A DNA stretch of 64,000 nt from Eledone cirrhosa (GCA_964016885.1 OZ024740.1:323578001-323642000), one strand, 5' to 3'; counted from the first letter of the stretch, positions 15,449 to 29,750 are shown. Numbers and translations: made by a program. Notes: a model not told the origin generated them from the sequence alone.

Positions 15449-16310
15449 CTCTGTCTGTTTGTGTGTTTGCATTTTCTCCTTTCTTCGGAACAGAAGCATC
15501 CTGTGATTTGCTAACTTTTTCAAAAGTTTAGACTGGTTCTTATTTTGTCCAACGTCATACATTATATTTTGGAGGGAAAATACATAAAGAAATGTATTAA
15601 AAACTATATGAGGAAAGCGAAAATAATTTCTACCATAACTGTACCTATGATAACGGTGATGAGTGATATTTGAATCCAAGTGCATCACCGATTTTCCGGA
15701 ACTGACGGTCTGGCACGTCTATTAGTCCGGACATAGTTATGAGCAGATATTTGAATTTTCCACGGCCTACCAGATTCACATGCTTTCCACGCCTTACCAG
15801 ACTAGTCAATTCACGTTAGGAGCTCACCGCAGAAATTCTAAACATTTAAACCTTTATATTATTATAAATGATGTGCGGCGGATCAATAGAGTCGTTAGAA
15901 CGTCCGATGAATTCTGTACTCCATTCTCTCTCTACGCTCTCTGAGTTCAAATCCTATCAAGATCAACTTTGTCATTCATCGTTTCTAGGTCGATAAAAAA
16001 GTATCAGTCCGATCTTTCCTCTTTATCTCTTTCCCATTTCACCTTTCTCGGTGTTCCAACCTTCAGAAGGGGCAGGGATCAGCCATTTTTAAAGGACCCT
16101 ATATATACCATATGCCTCGTCAGTACACCTAAGACACCAGTTGTGAGGGCAGAAAAACGTGTTGGTAACGTCATAAGATGTCTGTAGTTAATTATGTAGT
16201 CTGGTATAATGGAAAAACTGCCATGAGAGTGGACCCAGCAGTGTTGGGAAATAGGTAGTGTACCTGAAACAGATGGGTTTGTCATGGTTGGAACTCCTTT
16301 AGTCTTAATA

Positions 16311-16775
16311 CACCAAGTACACCACCAACAACAATTACACCATCACCAATAACAACATCCACCGACAACAACAACATCCACCGACAACAACAACATCTAC
16401 CGACAACAACAAAAGATACACCAACAACAACTACACCACCAACAACAACAGCAATTACACCACCAGCAACAACAACTACACCACAACCAACAGCAACTAC
16501 ACTACCACCAACAGCAACTACACCACCAACAACAACTACAATTACACCACCAACAACAACAACTACACCACCACCAACAGCAACTACACCACCACCAACA
16601 GCAACTACACCACCACCACCACCACCACCACCACCAACAGCAACAACAACACCACCACCACCAGCCACAACAACAACACCAACAATAACTACACAACCAC
16701 CACCACCAACAACAATAGCTACATCACCACCAACAACAACTACACCACCACCACCAACAACAACAACAACAACAA
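16311..16775. repeat. (CCA/CAA)n trinucleotide low-complexity tract
   Basis: Directly visible. Confidence 0.9.
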
Positions 16776-16888
16776 GTGTAGGCTAATATATGAGATTAAA
16801 TCATATCAGAAGACTGAAGAAGCCAACCCCATTTATTTATATATTTATGCTATTCGAGATTGGTGTCTTCTAATATTATGTATCATTG

Positions 16889-17070
16889 TGAATTGGCAGT
16901 ATGGGTAGAGGGTTGGACGCCATGCTTTTTAACATAGTTACGTCCCTTTACATTCTGAGTTCAAATCCCGCCGAGGTTAACTTTGCCTTTCATCCTTACG
17001 GGGTCGATAAAATAAAGTACCAGTAATGTACTGGGTATTTGCTGGCCTTGTGCCTAAAGTAGAAACAATT
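16889..17070 (+). mobile_element. SINE family A
   Basis: Matches the family A consensus. Confidence 0.9.
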
Positions 17071-17375
17071 TATATCATTGTACAGAGGAACAATATTGCT
17101 GATGTTTAGCTATGATCACAGTTATCCTATCCCTGACAATTCCGAGTTGTTTTTATTTAAAATCATCAAAATATTCTCAGAAGACATCAAACGACTTTTT
17201 TTTTTTAATATTGAAAACTCGTCCCGATAAATTCCTATGAAAATATGCATGCACTTTTTGTATCTCTCTCATTTTGTTCTCACTATCACTCTTTCTCTCA
17301 CTTTTTCTCTGTGTGATTGTGCGTGTCTTTGTATATGTGATTGTATTTATGCATGTGTTGTGTGTATGCGGAGCA

Positions 17376-17452
<77 letters not shown>

Positions 17453-17611
17453 TGTGTGTGTGTGTGTCTGTTTAAGAACTGCTACTTGACACAAAGTATG
17501 TGTAAATGCTAGAAATAGAATATCAAGTAGAATCAAATTGAATTGACTTCAGTTTACATTCAATGCAATATATTTCGATTATATTACCAAGAACAACAAT
17601 GGAAAGCACGG

Positions 17612-17642
<31 letters not shown>

Positions 17643-18093
17643 CAACTTACACAATCAACAAATATATCAATAATAACAAACAAAAACATACGAAACAGCA
17701 GAAGAAGAAGAAGAAGAAGAAGAAGAAGAAGAAGAAGAAGAAGAAGAGGTATAGCATGCAATGTTGCAATGCTACAACAATCATAGCATACTATGCAACA
17801 ACAACAACAACAACAACAACGCCTTACAATGATACAATAGGATACATGTGAATCGGAATCAATAAACAAGACATACAACTCTACAATATAATAACAATAA
17901 CAACAACAACAAGCACAACAACAACAACAACATAAAATGATGCAATAGTATAACAGGTGGTTATATTACATTATTGCTGACATATTTGGTGTTCGATCTC
18001 AAATCAAAGAATAACGGATGACAATATGAATTGGAATGGATTCGATCATGGTGATTCGTCCAGGAACTGATTGTTGGGACACAATTGGTTTGA

Positions 18094-18135
<42 letters not shown>

Positions 18136-18318
18136 ATATATATATATATATATGTGTGTATATATATATACATATATATTTGTATGTATATATATATGTG
18201 TATATATGGCCTCCGTTTATTTTTGGGATTCGAAACCGATCGGTAAAGGTAACTATAGTAGGTAAAGTCAATTTTTTAAAATTTATTTTGAAACTTTTTC
18301 ATTATTTGCTAAACCTTG

Positions 18319-18458
<140 letters not shown>

Positions 18459-18648
18459 ACAGTGCGTATCAAAACGAATCATCCGATTTTATTTCCATTT
18501 AACAAATGCGCAATATGTAAATAATTACGTAAAACTTTAGTAACCGCATAGTCATTTGTTCAAAAAATATCACTTCCTTTTGAAATAAAGTCCTTTTGAT
18601 ACACCCGGTGTATATATATATATATATATATACACCTTGTGATACACC

Positions 18649-18688
<40 letters not shown>

Positions 18689-18914
18689 TGGGTGTATCAA
18701 AAGGGCTGTATATATATTGAGTGAGTGTGAAAGACCAAAGGTCATTATTGAAAGTCTCTGGATTTCGCAAAATACATATTTTATATTGGAGAAGGTACGA
18801 TATTTTTTTCGCGAAAATGTGATTGTACTGTTTTGTTTCATCTTACGCCACCAAAAATAGAGAGCCGGGACCACACGATATTTGAAGTAGTTCTACGAAT
18901 TAACGGACCGATTT

Positions 18915-19510
18915 TGGTCCATTACGAGTTGAACACATATATATATATATATATGTCTGTGTTCGTTTTTTCCTTTTTGTTCAGTTATATACGGCTCCGA
19001 AAAGCCTTTTTCCTAGAGCTAATTTACTGTAATGAGACTATTTTGAGTTTCTAACTCAATACAAGTTCTTGATATATTCGGCTCCGTTAATTCGTAGAGC
19101 TATTTCAAATGTCGTGTGGACCCGGCTGCTATGTTTAGTGGCGTAAGCCTACGCGACACGCTAAGTTCGGGAACCATGTGCGTTATATATACACACACTT
19201 TCCAGTTTCCTATTTGATTTAGAAGTAGAAGTGGAAAGTATACAAATTTCAACACCCACTGATGAGCCTGGAATTTGGTATTACTCTTCACAAATAATAT
19301 TGCGAAACGGTTATATCGAAGACCGTCTGGGTCATGATAGTTACCACAATACTGGTTTGTATTTATTTTTCTTAATTTATTTTTCTTTGTTCTTACCCTA
19401 TTATCTGTAGTTAGTATTTTTTTTCACCTTAGCGAATTTGGTCCATTACGATTTGAACACATATATATATATGTCTGTGTTCGTTTTTTTCCTTTTTGTT
19501 CAGTTATATA
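18915..19510 (+). mobile_element. About 520-bp HHR-bearing non-coding unit with ~75-bp terminal direct repeats (retrozyme/pLTR-like)
   Basis: ttggtccattacga...gttcagttatata at 18915-18990 and about 19437-19510; HHR inside; ends in (TA)n. Confidence 0.7.
19254..19332 (+). ncRNA. Type I hammerhead ribozyme
   Basis: accca-CTGATGA(19259-19265)-gc...gc-GAAA(19304-19307)-cggtt-loop-gaccg-TC-tgggt; GUC site after 19327; full 5-bp helix III. Confidence 0.8.
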
Positions 19511-19678
19511 TATATATATATATATTAGAAAGTGAGTGAAAGTATAAAGAAAAAAAGATGAAATCGAAAATGTAGCTGGAGTCTTATTTTTAAAAATATA
19601 TATATATTTATTTGGTTTCTTTACCGGTTTCGCAGTTCTTCTGCTTTTCAAAAGTAGAGTTCAGATGGAGGGTCTGTG

Positions 19679-19720
<42 letters not shown>

Positions 19721-19745
19721 TATATATATATATATATATATAGAT

Positions 19746-19780
<35 letters not shown>

Positions 19781-19799
19781 TATATATATATATATAGAT

Positions 19800-19845
<46 letters not shown>

Positions 19846-19851
<6 letters not shown>

Positions 19852-22026
19852 TTGCGAGGTTTTTGATATGAAATCGTGTGTCGAAACAAATAATAGACAG
19901 TATGTACGTGGTATCATTATACCCATCCATTAACATTGATTTTGCTGTGGAAAATTGTGTGGAGATGATCATTGAGAGTGAAGTGGAGTTCTGCGACGTC
20001 GACACAGACGAACTGGTCCTCCTACTTAGACAGCCATGACCTTAGACGTTTCTGCCCCAGTAGACCCATACGAGGTAGACCCCCCCCCCCACCACCATAA
20101 CCTCAATGGCTAAAAAGACTCCCATGGGAAGGTGGATTGTGTGGACCAAAGCCATACCGACCCCCCAAAACAATGATCAGGTAAGAAAAATGGTCGCACA
20201 TGCAATAGGGGCTAGTATTATGACTACCCTAAAGGGCCACATATTCAAATTCAACGAGAAGATCTACACCCAAAATGAGGGAGCAGCCATTGGCGTCAGC
20301 ATAGCTGGTGACGTTGCCAACCTTTTTATGGTATGGTGAGAAAGGAGACTCAAAGATCTCCTTGATGAGAGCTCCATAGACCTCATCACGTACTCTCGTT
20401 ACGTAGACGACATCAATATAGTTATAAGGACATCCCTACAAGAGAGTACTAACAAGTTTGATTTAGAATGTAGCACAATGGAAAGCATCCAGCAGATAGC
20501 TAATTCCATACACCAGAGTATAACTGTAACTATCGACTTCCCTTCCAAACACCCTAATAATAGACTACCTGTATTAGAAACAGAACTCTGGATTAACACT
20601 ATAGACGAGAGAGCCCAAATTCTCCACTCACACTATGCTAAACCCATGGCCTCCAAATACCTGATACTCAAAAACTCAGCAATGTCCAGTAGTACTAAGT
20701 TTAATATTCTGATCGCAGATTCGGTACGAGTGATGAAGAATGTGTCCCGCATGTGCGACCCAACAGAAATGGAAAGACACATCCAACACTTCATCAACCG
20801 CATGCAGTTCTCTGGCTACAACCAAAGAGACAGAGTCAGAGTATACGAAGGAGCCATAGAGAAGTATAAGGCCCTCATAGAACTGGACATGAAAGGAATT
20901 TGCCCATTATACAGGAGCAAATCATGGAATAGCTTAGATAGGGCTAGACATAAGATAGGGAAAGCCACCTCATGGTACGACAACCAGAGATACCAGAGTG
21001 TCATGTTCGTGGACGCTACCACTGGAGTAAAATTAGCTAACCAGTGTAGAAAGGCCCTGAGAAAGACCCACTTAAAGATTAAGGTGGTAGAAAAGCCAGG
21101 AACCACCATAAAATCCCTGATCAGCAAAACCCACTGCAGTAATAGGAAATGTATTACATGTAAAGTGAACCCCCGGATAAACTGTAAAACTAGAAACGTA
21201 CTCTATAGCATAAGATGTACAGAGGGTACTTGCAGAAACATGACAACAACATACATAGGCGAGACAGCTCGTAGCATAGGTAAAAGGATAGACCAACACT
21301 GGGGGGGAACTAAAAGGACGAAAAAACGGGTCAGTACTATACGAACACGCCAGACAACAAACGACGGTAACATAGACAACATAGAAATTAGAATAATATC
21401 TAAACATAGAAATGACCCAGCAGATAGGCAAATCAGAGAGGCCAGTGAAATAGAACTTAGAAGGCCAAAGCTAAACAGAAAAAATGAATGGAATAACAAC
21501 ACCCAAACAAAAAATACCGACCTAAGAGAAGGATAAATGAATAAATAAATAAATAAATACATACACAAGCACAATAACAACAAACACATATAAACACACA
21601 CACTAGTAAACTAAGATAGAATACAATAACCAAAACACAGTCACCCAAACACGAACACACACCAAACATTATACACACGCGCAAACGCATGCGCAGAGAA
21701 GACAAAAATAAATAAATAAATGAATTAGCAGATTAAATAAAGATGGCGTAGACATACAATACAACAGGAGGAAACATAATAGCACCACTGACCACTGACG
21801 ATGTTGCAGATGTGGAACGAAAGAATTTTTTTTAGACTATATATATGTGTTTGTGTCTATATTATATCTATTTTTGACTGTTGGTCAGTCAATGGTAATA
21901 TTGAGGACCGAATAAATTGAATTAACTGATATAAAAGATACAGAAGCGAAAACCAACCAAACAGTGAGTGTGTTCTGTTATTAATTCTGGCAATATTATT
22001 ACACAAATATGACCCTCCCCATGTAT

Positions 22027-22031
<5 letters not shown>
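19846..22031 (+). mobile_element. Penelope-like retrotransposon (RT + GIY-YIG), 5'-truncated and decayed, flanked by (TA)n
   Basis: VVSLYPSI-like motif near 19905; FKFNEKIYTQNEGAAIG; RYVDDI at 20397-20414; C..C/C zinc motif, VLYSIRC...YIGETARS...R; in-frame TGA at 20337 and later frameshifts. Confidence 0.9.
20106..21536 (+). pseudogene. Penelope-like RT-GIY-YIG polyprotein, disrupted
   Basis: ORFs 20106-20339 and 20478-21536 share one frame, separated by a single TGA at a probable Trp codon. Confidence 0.85.
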
Positions 22032-22072
<41 letters not shown>

Positions 22073-22697
22073 TTATTTATTTATATTTATATATATATAT
22101 ATATATATAATGCCAATCATTGTTAGTTTGAATTTAACTGACATGCAAAAACATATATATATGAACAAAGTAAGCCAAAATTATAGTAGATTCAAATATT
22201 ACAAGGAGAAAGAGAGAGGGCGGAATAAGGTGCAACAGAAATGAAAGATGGATTACTGGTTAAAATGTAGTCTAGATAGATGAGAAACAAAACAAGGGTA
22301 TAGTTTATGGAACACCCAAATGATTTAGAAGTCGACCTTAAGTAGAAGCAATAACATTAAGAAAGACATGAACCACACCAAATCATTTTGTTTAGGAGGA
22401 GATGTGTGCCGACCGTTTTAGTAGACAGACAGACAACCTCAGTTTTATATATATAGATGAGTTCTATGCTTGAAAATGACTTAGAAAAAATGTAAATCAA
22501 AATCAAAATGTTATCCCAAAAGAGAGGAAATTGGAACATTATCCACTGAAAGAAGGGACATTTGGGTCCCGCAATATTGGACAGATAAAAGAACAACAAA
22601 AAACAAAACAAATATTACCAGGTAACTTTTGCTTTTCGTTACTACATCTTACAGTCCATTTTGCATTGTTTAGCCTTCTATCGCTTTCAACGTTATA

Positions 22698-23665
22698 TCT
22701 ATATATATAAAACTGAGGTTGACTGTCTGTCTGTCTGTCTTTCTGTCTACTAAAACGGTCGGCACACATCTCCTCCTAAACCGTACGTTCAAATTTCGGT
22801 GAAATTGCTACACTTATAGATGAAGGTCTTGCGGAGACATCGGTCAAAAGAATTTTCAAATCGACCCACCCCAAGTGCAAAAATCGAATTTGTAATGCAT
22901 TGATTTTTCAGTTCAAATGTATAAATAGAGATGAGAGACGAGTTATTTCCCTTTTATGGCGTCATTCTGCTTATCTATTTACGTTACGAATAAACGACGC
23001 GTGCAAAGGTACAAAATTACACGAACAACTTTCGGGCCAGCAAAATTTTAACCTGCAAAATTCATGAGTTCGAAATTTCAACATTCTTCCATTTTGCTTC
23101 ATTTCCATTAAAAAGTCTTTTAAAACAATATTTTTACTTGAAAACAAGCCTATTTGAATACACCGTAAAACAAGCAAATATTTTGTAAAAAAAGCATTGA
23201 TCTATATATATAATCTCGAATAAAGCCTTATGAGATTTTCATTTAGAAGCAATGATTTTAAACGACAGACTGATAACGCATTTTTTTTTCGTTTTTTGTT
23301 TTTCATGTCCATCCAATTTCTTTGTTTCAAAATAACTGATAGTTTGGTTGCGCTGATGTTTTTCTCCGAGACAAGTATTGCAGTGTTTACATTGTCGATT
23401 TTTGTGTTTACATTGTCGATTCTTGTTAATAGATGACCAGTGCAGTTTTTATCCCCAGCATCCTCTTTTGTTTTAAGATTCGGGTTATGGTTATGTTTTC
23501 TTAACTTCATAAGGCATACTGTTGGTTGAGGGAATATTAATCAAAAGTACCACATGAAAGTCTACACTGTAGACTCTACAGTTTTTAAGCCAGGAAAGGA
23601 ACTTAACATTGTAACTTTAACACAGCTACTGAGCAGCCCCAAGCAACGCCGGGCTTTACTGCTAG
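22698..23665 (+). mobile_element. Non-autonomous Helitron-type element
   Basis: 5' TC-TATATATATAAAA start, internal (CTGT)n, 3' hairpin gccc..gggc followed by CTAG (23662-23665), inserted at A|T. Confidence 0.7.
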
Positions 23666-24456
23666 TATTATATACAATGCTTCAAGTAAACTATAACATT
23701 TTATTAAATATTACATTTACAGCACGCCGTAAGAGTGGACAAACTGCTCATGGGAGTCGAACTTCGTTTCTGTTGTTTACCAGATAATCACAATAACATA
23801 CACATATATTATATACATTTATTTATTTACACTCAAACAGACATATACACATACAAATACACACAAACACATGCACGCACTCTCACATTTGCATAATTAT
23901 ATCTATCTATGCACCTATGTAATATTAACTCAATCAGTTCTCTCTGCTGCACTCTCTCTTTCTCTCTCCCCCCTCCCTCTCTCCCTCTCTCCTCCTCTCT
24001 CTCTCTCCCTCAAATCTAACAGTTTGCCTGACAATATAATTGTCTTACTATCGATCACATTCCTCCACGTATTCATCAATATAACAATCCAGCTATCAAC
24101 TAAACCCTTCCCTCTATCTACCCATCTCTCCTTGTCTCTACATATCCAAGCATTCATTCATCACTTTTCCAACCAACCCATCTATCCATACCACCATCCG
24201 CCCAACAATACATCTACCCATCCACCCATGCACCAAAATATTTATCCCCCAATCCACCCATCCATTCATCCACACTTTCTTCAAGGCCGTCCATTCATGC
24301 ATTCATCCGTGCACCCATCTATCCACCCCTGCACCGATCCCTCCACACCACCAACCCATCCGTCCACCCATTCACAGAAACATTCATCCACACAATCACT
24401 CTACCATTTATCTACATTGCCTACAACCCAGGATGGATCCATCCATCCACACAATC

Positions 24457-25400
24457 ATTCATACAACCAATCCACCCGATCCTTCTATCCAACCAGCCAG
24501 CTATTTATCCATCCGTCTACCGAACCCACCATTCATACAACCAATCCACCCGACCCTTCTATCCAACCACCCAGCTATTTATCCATCCATCTACCGAACC
24601 CACCATTCATACAACCAATCCACCCAACCCTTCTATCCAACCACCCAGCTATTTATCCATCCATCTACCGAACCCACCATTCATACAACAAATCCACCCG
24701 ACCCTTCTATCCAACCACCCAGCTATTTATCCATCCATCTACCGAACCCACCATTCATACAACAAATCCACCCGACCCTTCTATCCAACCAGCCAGCTAT
24801 TTATCCATGAATCTACCGAACCCACCATTCATACAACAAATCCACCCGACCCTTCTATCCAACCACCCAGCTATTTATCCATCCATCTACCGAACCCACC
24901 ATTCATACAACAAATCCACCCGACCCTTCTATCCAACCACCCAGCTATTTATCCATCCATCTACCGAACCCACCATTCATACAACAAATCAACCCGACCC
25001 TTCTATCCAACCACCCAGCTATTTATCCATCCATCTACCGAACCCACCATTCATACAACAAATCCACCCGACCCTTCTATCCAACCACCCAGCTATTTAT
25101 CCATCCATCTACCGAACACACCATTCATACAACAAATCAACCCGACCCTTCTATCCAACCACCCAGCTATTTATCCATCCATCCGCCTAACCCACCATTC
25201 ATACAACCAATCCACCCAACCCTTCTATCCAACCAGCCAGCTATTTATCCATCCATTCACACAACCATTCATCCAACCAATCCACCCCACCCTTCTATCC
25301 AACCACACAACTGTTTATCCATCCATCCGCCTAACCCACCATTCATCTAACGAAACCACCCAACTCTTCTCTCCGACCACCCAGCTATATAACCATTCAT
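24457..25400. repeat. 74-bp minisatellite, about 12-13 copies, degenerate at the edges
   Basis: attcatacaa recurs at 24531, 24605, 24679 and onward. Confidence 0.95.
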
Positions 25401-25595
25401 CCTCCCACCCGACTATTTTCCACTCTGCCAATCACCGTTATTTATCCGCCAGAACCAGTCATCTGTATATATTTTCTATTTAACCGTTAATCTAAGAATT
25501 AATCTATACTTCATATTTTTTTACAAAGCATTTACATATTTCATTTCTTAAATGTTTCAGTTGTGAAGCAGAATTAAAGACCACACATACGCACT

Positions 25596-25686
<91 letters not shown>

Positions 25687-25770
25687 ATACATTATATAAT
25701 ATATACATTGTGTATAATATATATTATATATATATATATGCATATATATAAATGTATACGTATATATATA

Positions 25771-25815
<45 letters not shown>

Positions 25816-25873
25816 GTATATATATATATATAAATGTATACGTATATATATATATGTGTACATATATATATAC

Positions 25874-25909
<36 letters not shown>

Positions 25910-25975
25910 GTATATATATATATATATACATATGTATATATATATATAAATGTATACGTATATATATGTGTGTAA

Positions 25976-26008
<33 letters not shown>

Positions 26009-26136
26009 TATATACATATGTATATATATATATATATATATACATATGTATATATATATATATAAATGTATACGTATATATATGTGTGTAAATATATATA
26101 TATATATGTATATGTATATATATATATGCTTATAGG

Positions 26137-26172
<36 letters not shown>

Positions 26173-26212
26173 TATGTATACATATATAAATGTATACGTA
26201 TATACACACATG

Positions 26213-26243
<31 letters not shown>

Positions 26244-26367
26244 TTATGTATATATATATATATGTATGTATATATGTATATATATATATATATATGAGTG
26301 TATATATATTTGTGTGTATATATTGTGTGTTTATATATGTGTATATATATATGTATATATATATATA

Positions 26368-26444
<77 letters not shown>

Positions 26445-26814
26445 ATATATACATAGATATAATGAACTTGTCACTTGTTTTCCTTTATATTCAACCTCAA
26501 TGAAGAAAGATTTTCAATCAAATATATTTTTTAAAAAAAGACATGTTAAGTCGGAATATTTTAATTCAAATTTTCCATTTAATCAGTCAAATAATACAAA
26601 ATAACAACTTTTTCCTCTTGTATTGAATTAAATATAACACATTATTTATATGTTATATATTTTAATTAATAAATTTTAAAAAATGTTTTTTAAGCAAAAG
26701 TGAAATAAAATTCAACAAATTAAACTATTGAAATTCATGTTCGATTGTTTTTTGCGGCAGATGATTCTTAAGAAAAATACTTTAATATCGCAAGCTGGAT
26801 GATTGTATTGTATT

Positions 26815-26897
26815 GTAGTAGTGGTGGTGGTGGTGGTGGTGGTACTAGTAGTAGTAGTGGTGGTGCCAGTACGGTGGTGATGGTGGTGGTAGTAGTT

Positions 26898-26972
<75 letters not shown>

Positions 26973-27075
26973 CTAGTGATGGTGGTGGTGGTGGTAGTAG
27001 TAGTAGTGATGGTGGTGGTGGTGGTGGTGGTAGTAGTAGTAGTGACGGTGGTGGTAGTAGTAGTAGTAGTAGTAT
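26815..27075. repeat. (GTA/GTG)n trinucleotide tract
   Basis: Directly visible. Confidence 0.9.
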
Positions 27076-27377
27076 TTAAGGAGGTGGTGGCAGAGGGAGT
27101 GAAGTTCCTGCAATGCATTTATTGCATTTGGAGGCAGATAAAGGTAACGGAACACAGGCTATTGGCAGATGGTTGCACACAGAATAGAAAACCTTATGTG
27201 AAAATGAGGTTTACTTTGCCTTTCATCCTTACGGTCGATAAAATAAAGTACCAGTAATGCACTGGGTAATTGCTGGCCTTGTGCCTAAAGTAGAAACCAT
27301 TATGTGAAAATGACATATTACAACGTGAATTCATACATATATATATGTGTGTGTGTGTGCAAGTGTGTTTGTACGTA

Positions 27378-27420
<43 letters not shown>

Positions 27421-27580
27421 CGACAAAATGAAATAGAAATGAAAAGACACAAAAAATCGATAGTCTCTTCATTTCACAATTGATGTGACGAAAGTGGTTT
27501 GATGGAAGAATAAAGATAAAGTGATAGTTATATGGTGCGTGTGTTCGATTAGCAACATCACCAACCCAGGACTAGAACTG

Positions 27581-27631
27581 GGCTTCTTGATGATTTCTCC
27601 CGAATGAAACAGTTCTAGTCCTGTAGAAGCC
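27581..27631 (+). ncRNA. Degenerate type I HHR (core C3>U)
   Basis: ggcttc-TTGATGA-tttc-tccc-gaat-GAAA-cag-ttctagtc-ctg-TA-gaagcc; perfect 6-bp stem I; homologous copy at about 59765-59880. Confidence 0.6.
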
Positions 27632-27735
27632 ATTTCTATATTAAATATTTATAATCTGCTATGTATTGAGTATCTTACTTACTGTGGTTACCCCCCGATT
27701 GTACCCGGGATAAACTTACCTCTTTCTCTCTCTCT

Positions 27736-27788
<53 letters not shown>

Positions 27789-27795
<7 letters not shown>

Positions 27796-28271
27796 CTGAG
27801 GATGTCTGTTTGTGTGTGTGTGTGTCTGTGAGTTTGAATCCCTAAAACTCGAGAAGTACCCAACCGATTTTTTTCAAACTTTACATGTCTATTACTTATG
27901 TTTCAGGGAGTGTTATACAAATAAACATTTCAACTTTTTGATCCCCGAGGGCCCGCATAGGGTGAAAAACTGCCTTTTTCAGCTTTTTAGGGCTTTTTTG
28001 AGGCGTTACGTCTAGCCGATTTTCCGAAATTTTAAAGCATTTTATGCACATTAAAAAATTTCATTTTCTTGATCCCCTAGGGCCCGCATTAGGTGAAAAC
28101 CTGAATTTTTCCTGCTTTATAGAGGAAAATCTTAAAGATTATCCAGCCATCAGAGTATTCGGTTTATTTTCTTTACATATTGTCCAGGAACGCAGTTTTT
28201 CCACGATTAGGTCTGTTGGCGGCCGCGTTCCAAAATACCTTATCCCGTGCAACGCCGGGTACAACTGCTAG
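27789..28271 (+). mobile_element. Non-autonomous Helitron-type element
   Basis: Start resembles the 22698 element (tataactgagg..gtctgt); 3' cccg-tgcaacgc-cggg hairpin then CTAG (28268-28271). Confidence 0.7.
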
Positions 28272-28319
28272 TATATAATAAAAAAGAAAATTTCGCTTTA
28301 CATGCCTGAATACAGTGAG

Positions 28320-28363
28320 CTGTACTGATGAAGGGTGATACCCAGAAACATTAGTGCCTGCAG
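28320..28363 (+). ncRNA. Degenerate type I HHR (U16.1>C)
   Basis: ctgta-CTGATGA-a-gggt-gat-accc-a-GAAA-cattagtg-CC-tgcag. Confidence 0.5.
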
Positions 28364-28497
28364 TCCAACACAAGAGCAAGAATGAAGTGTTCATTCTACT
28401 GACATGGCTATAAAATGCAGGCTTCTTTGCATAATTGCAAACGAATCGAATGTTATTATTAATATTCTAAAAACTCAGATTACATTTATTATATATA

Positions 28498-28542
<45 letters not shown>

Positions 28543-28685
28543 ATATCTGGAGGGGGCATTTTGCTAATCTAACACACACATATATATATAATACATATAT
28601 GCTTATAGAATTGTAGACTTAAAGATCCATAAGGTGTATGTATACAACGTGCACACACACACACACACGCACACACACACACATC

Positions 28686-28739
<54 letters not shown>

Positions 28740-29224
28740 TATTAGTCGAGAGACAAGTTGGCACAAAATATATTAATCGAAGAGAAGGCTGAATATCTTT
28801 CAAAGAAACAAGCCAAAGATATGCGGAGAAATTATGTAATGATTTATTGATATTGAAATGAACTGTAACGATGTTTTAAAATTTAAAAAAACTAAGTAAT
28901 TCTTTATATATAAAACAGAGTAAATAGAATATATGTAATCTATAATTTGATGTCGAGTTCAGGAAGTTATTTGCTTTAACCATTAAATATAAACATTCAT
29001 CTCATAAAATCGTTAGAAATTTTGAAAAAGATAAGCTGGACACAGTAATTATTTGGGGTAGACTGTTTTAATATCTTACTGAATATAATTACCCTGGTTA
29101 TAATTATTATAAATGTAATGTGTGTTGCGTGGGTGAACCTGTAGATAAACACTATTTTACTTCCCTTTAGTATCTTTGCGTAAATTCTGTCATATTTTGT
29201 GTCTTTAAAATAAGTACTAATCAC

Positions 29225-29750
29225 TCAAATCCCGCCGAGGTTAACTTTGCCTTTCATCCTTACGGGGTCGATAAAATAAAGTACCAGTAATACACTGGGA
29301 TAATTTCTGGCCTTGTGCCAAAAATAGAAACAATTATTAATTAGATCTATAGACCGTCAGACAACATAATTTGCAGCATAAAGTTATGGCCCTTTACTTT
29401 CTGAGTTCAAATTCCGCCAAGGTTAACTTTGCGTTTCATCCTTACAGGATCGATAAAATAAAGCACCAGTAATGCCCTGCGGTAATTACTGGACTTGTGC
29501 CAAAATAGAAACAACTATTAAGTAGATCTAGGGTGGTGAATGGGCAGGACCGGTAGAGCGTCGAGCAACATGCTTTGCGGCATAGAGTTACGGCCCTTTA
29601 CGTTCTGATTTCAAATCCCGCCGAGATTAGCTTTGCCTTTCATCCTTGCGGGTCGATAAAATAAAGCACCAATAATGGACTGGGGTTCATTTAATCGACT
29701 TTCCCCTCCCCTAAAATTGTTGGCCTTGTGCGTAAATCAGAAATTATTAT
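29225..29750 (+). mobile_element. Three head-to-tail SINE family A copies (two 5'-truncated)
   Basis: Central domain repeated at about 29245, 29425 and 29630. Confidence 0.85.

Noticed and set aside
16282-16696. Gly/Val-rich and Cys/Trp-rich ORFs, and poly-T/V (26768-27257) and poly-K (50330-50521) ORFs
   Set aside because: Trinucleotide repeat artefacts.
20337-20339. In-frame TGA as possible selenocysteine or readthrough in the Penelope ORF
   Set aside because: The context (MVW*ER) fits a TGG>TGA mutation, and the element has other disabling lesions.
23871-25190. 439-aa Pro/His/Ser-rich ORF
   Set aside because: It is a read-through of a 74-bp repeat (not a multiple of 3) cycling through all frames, with no domain signal.
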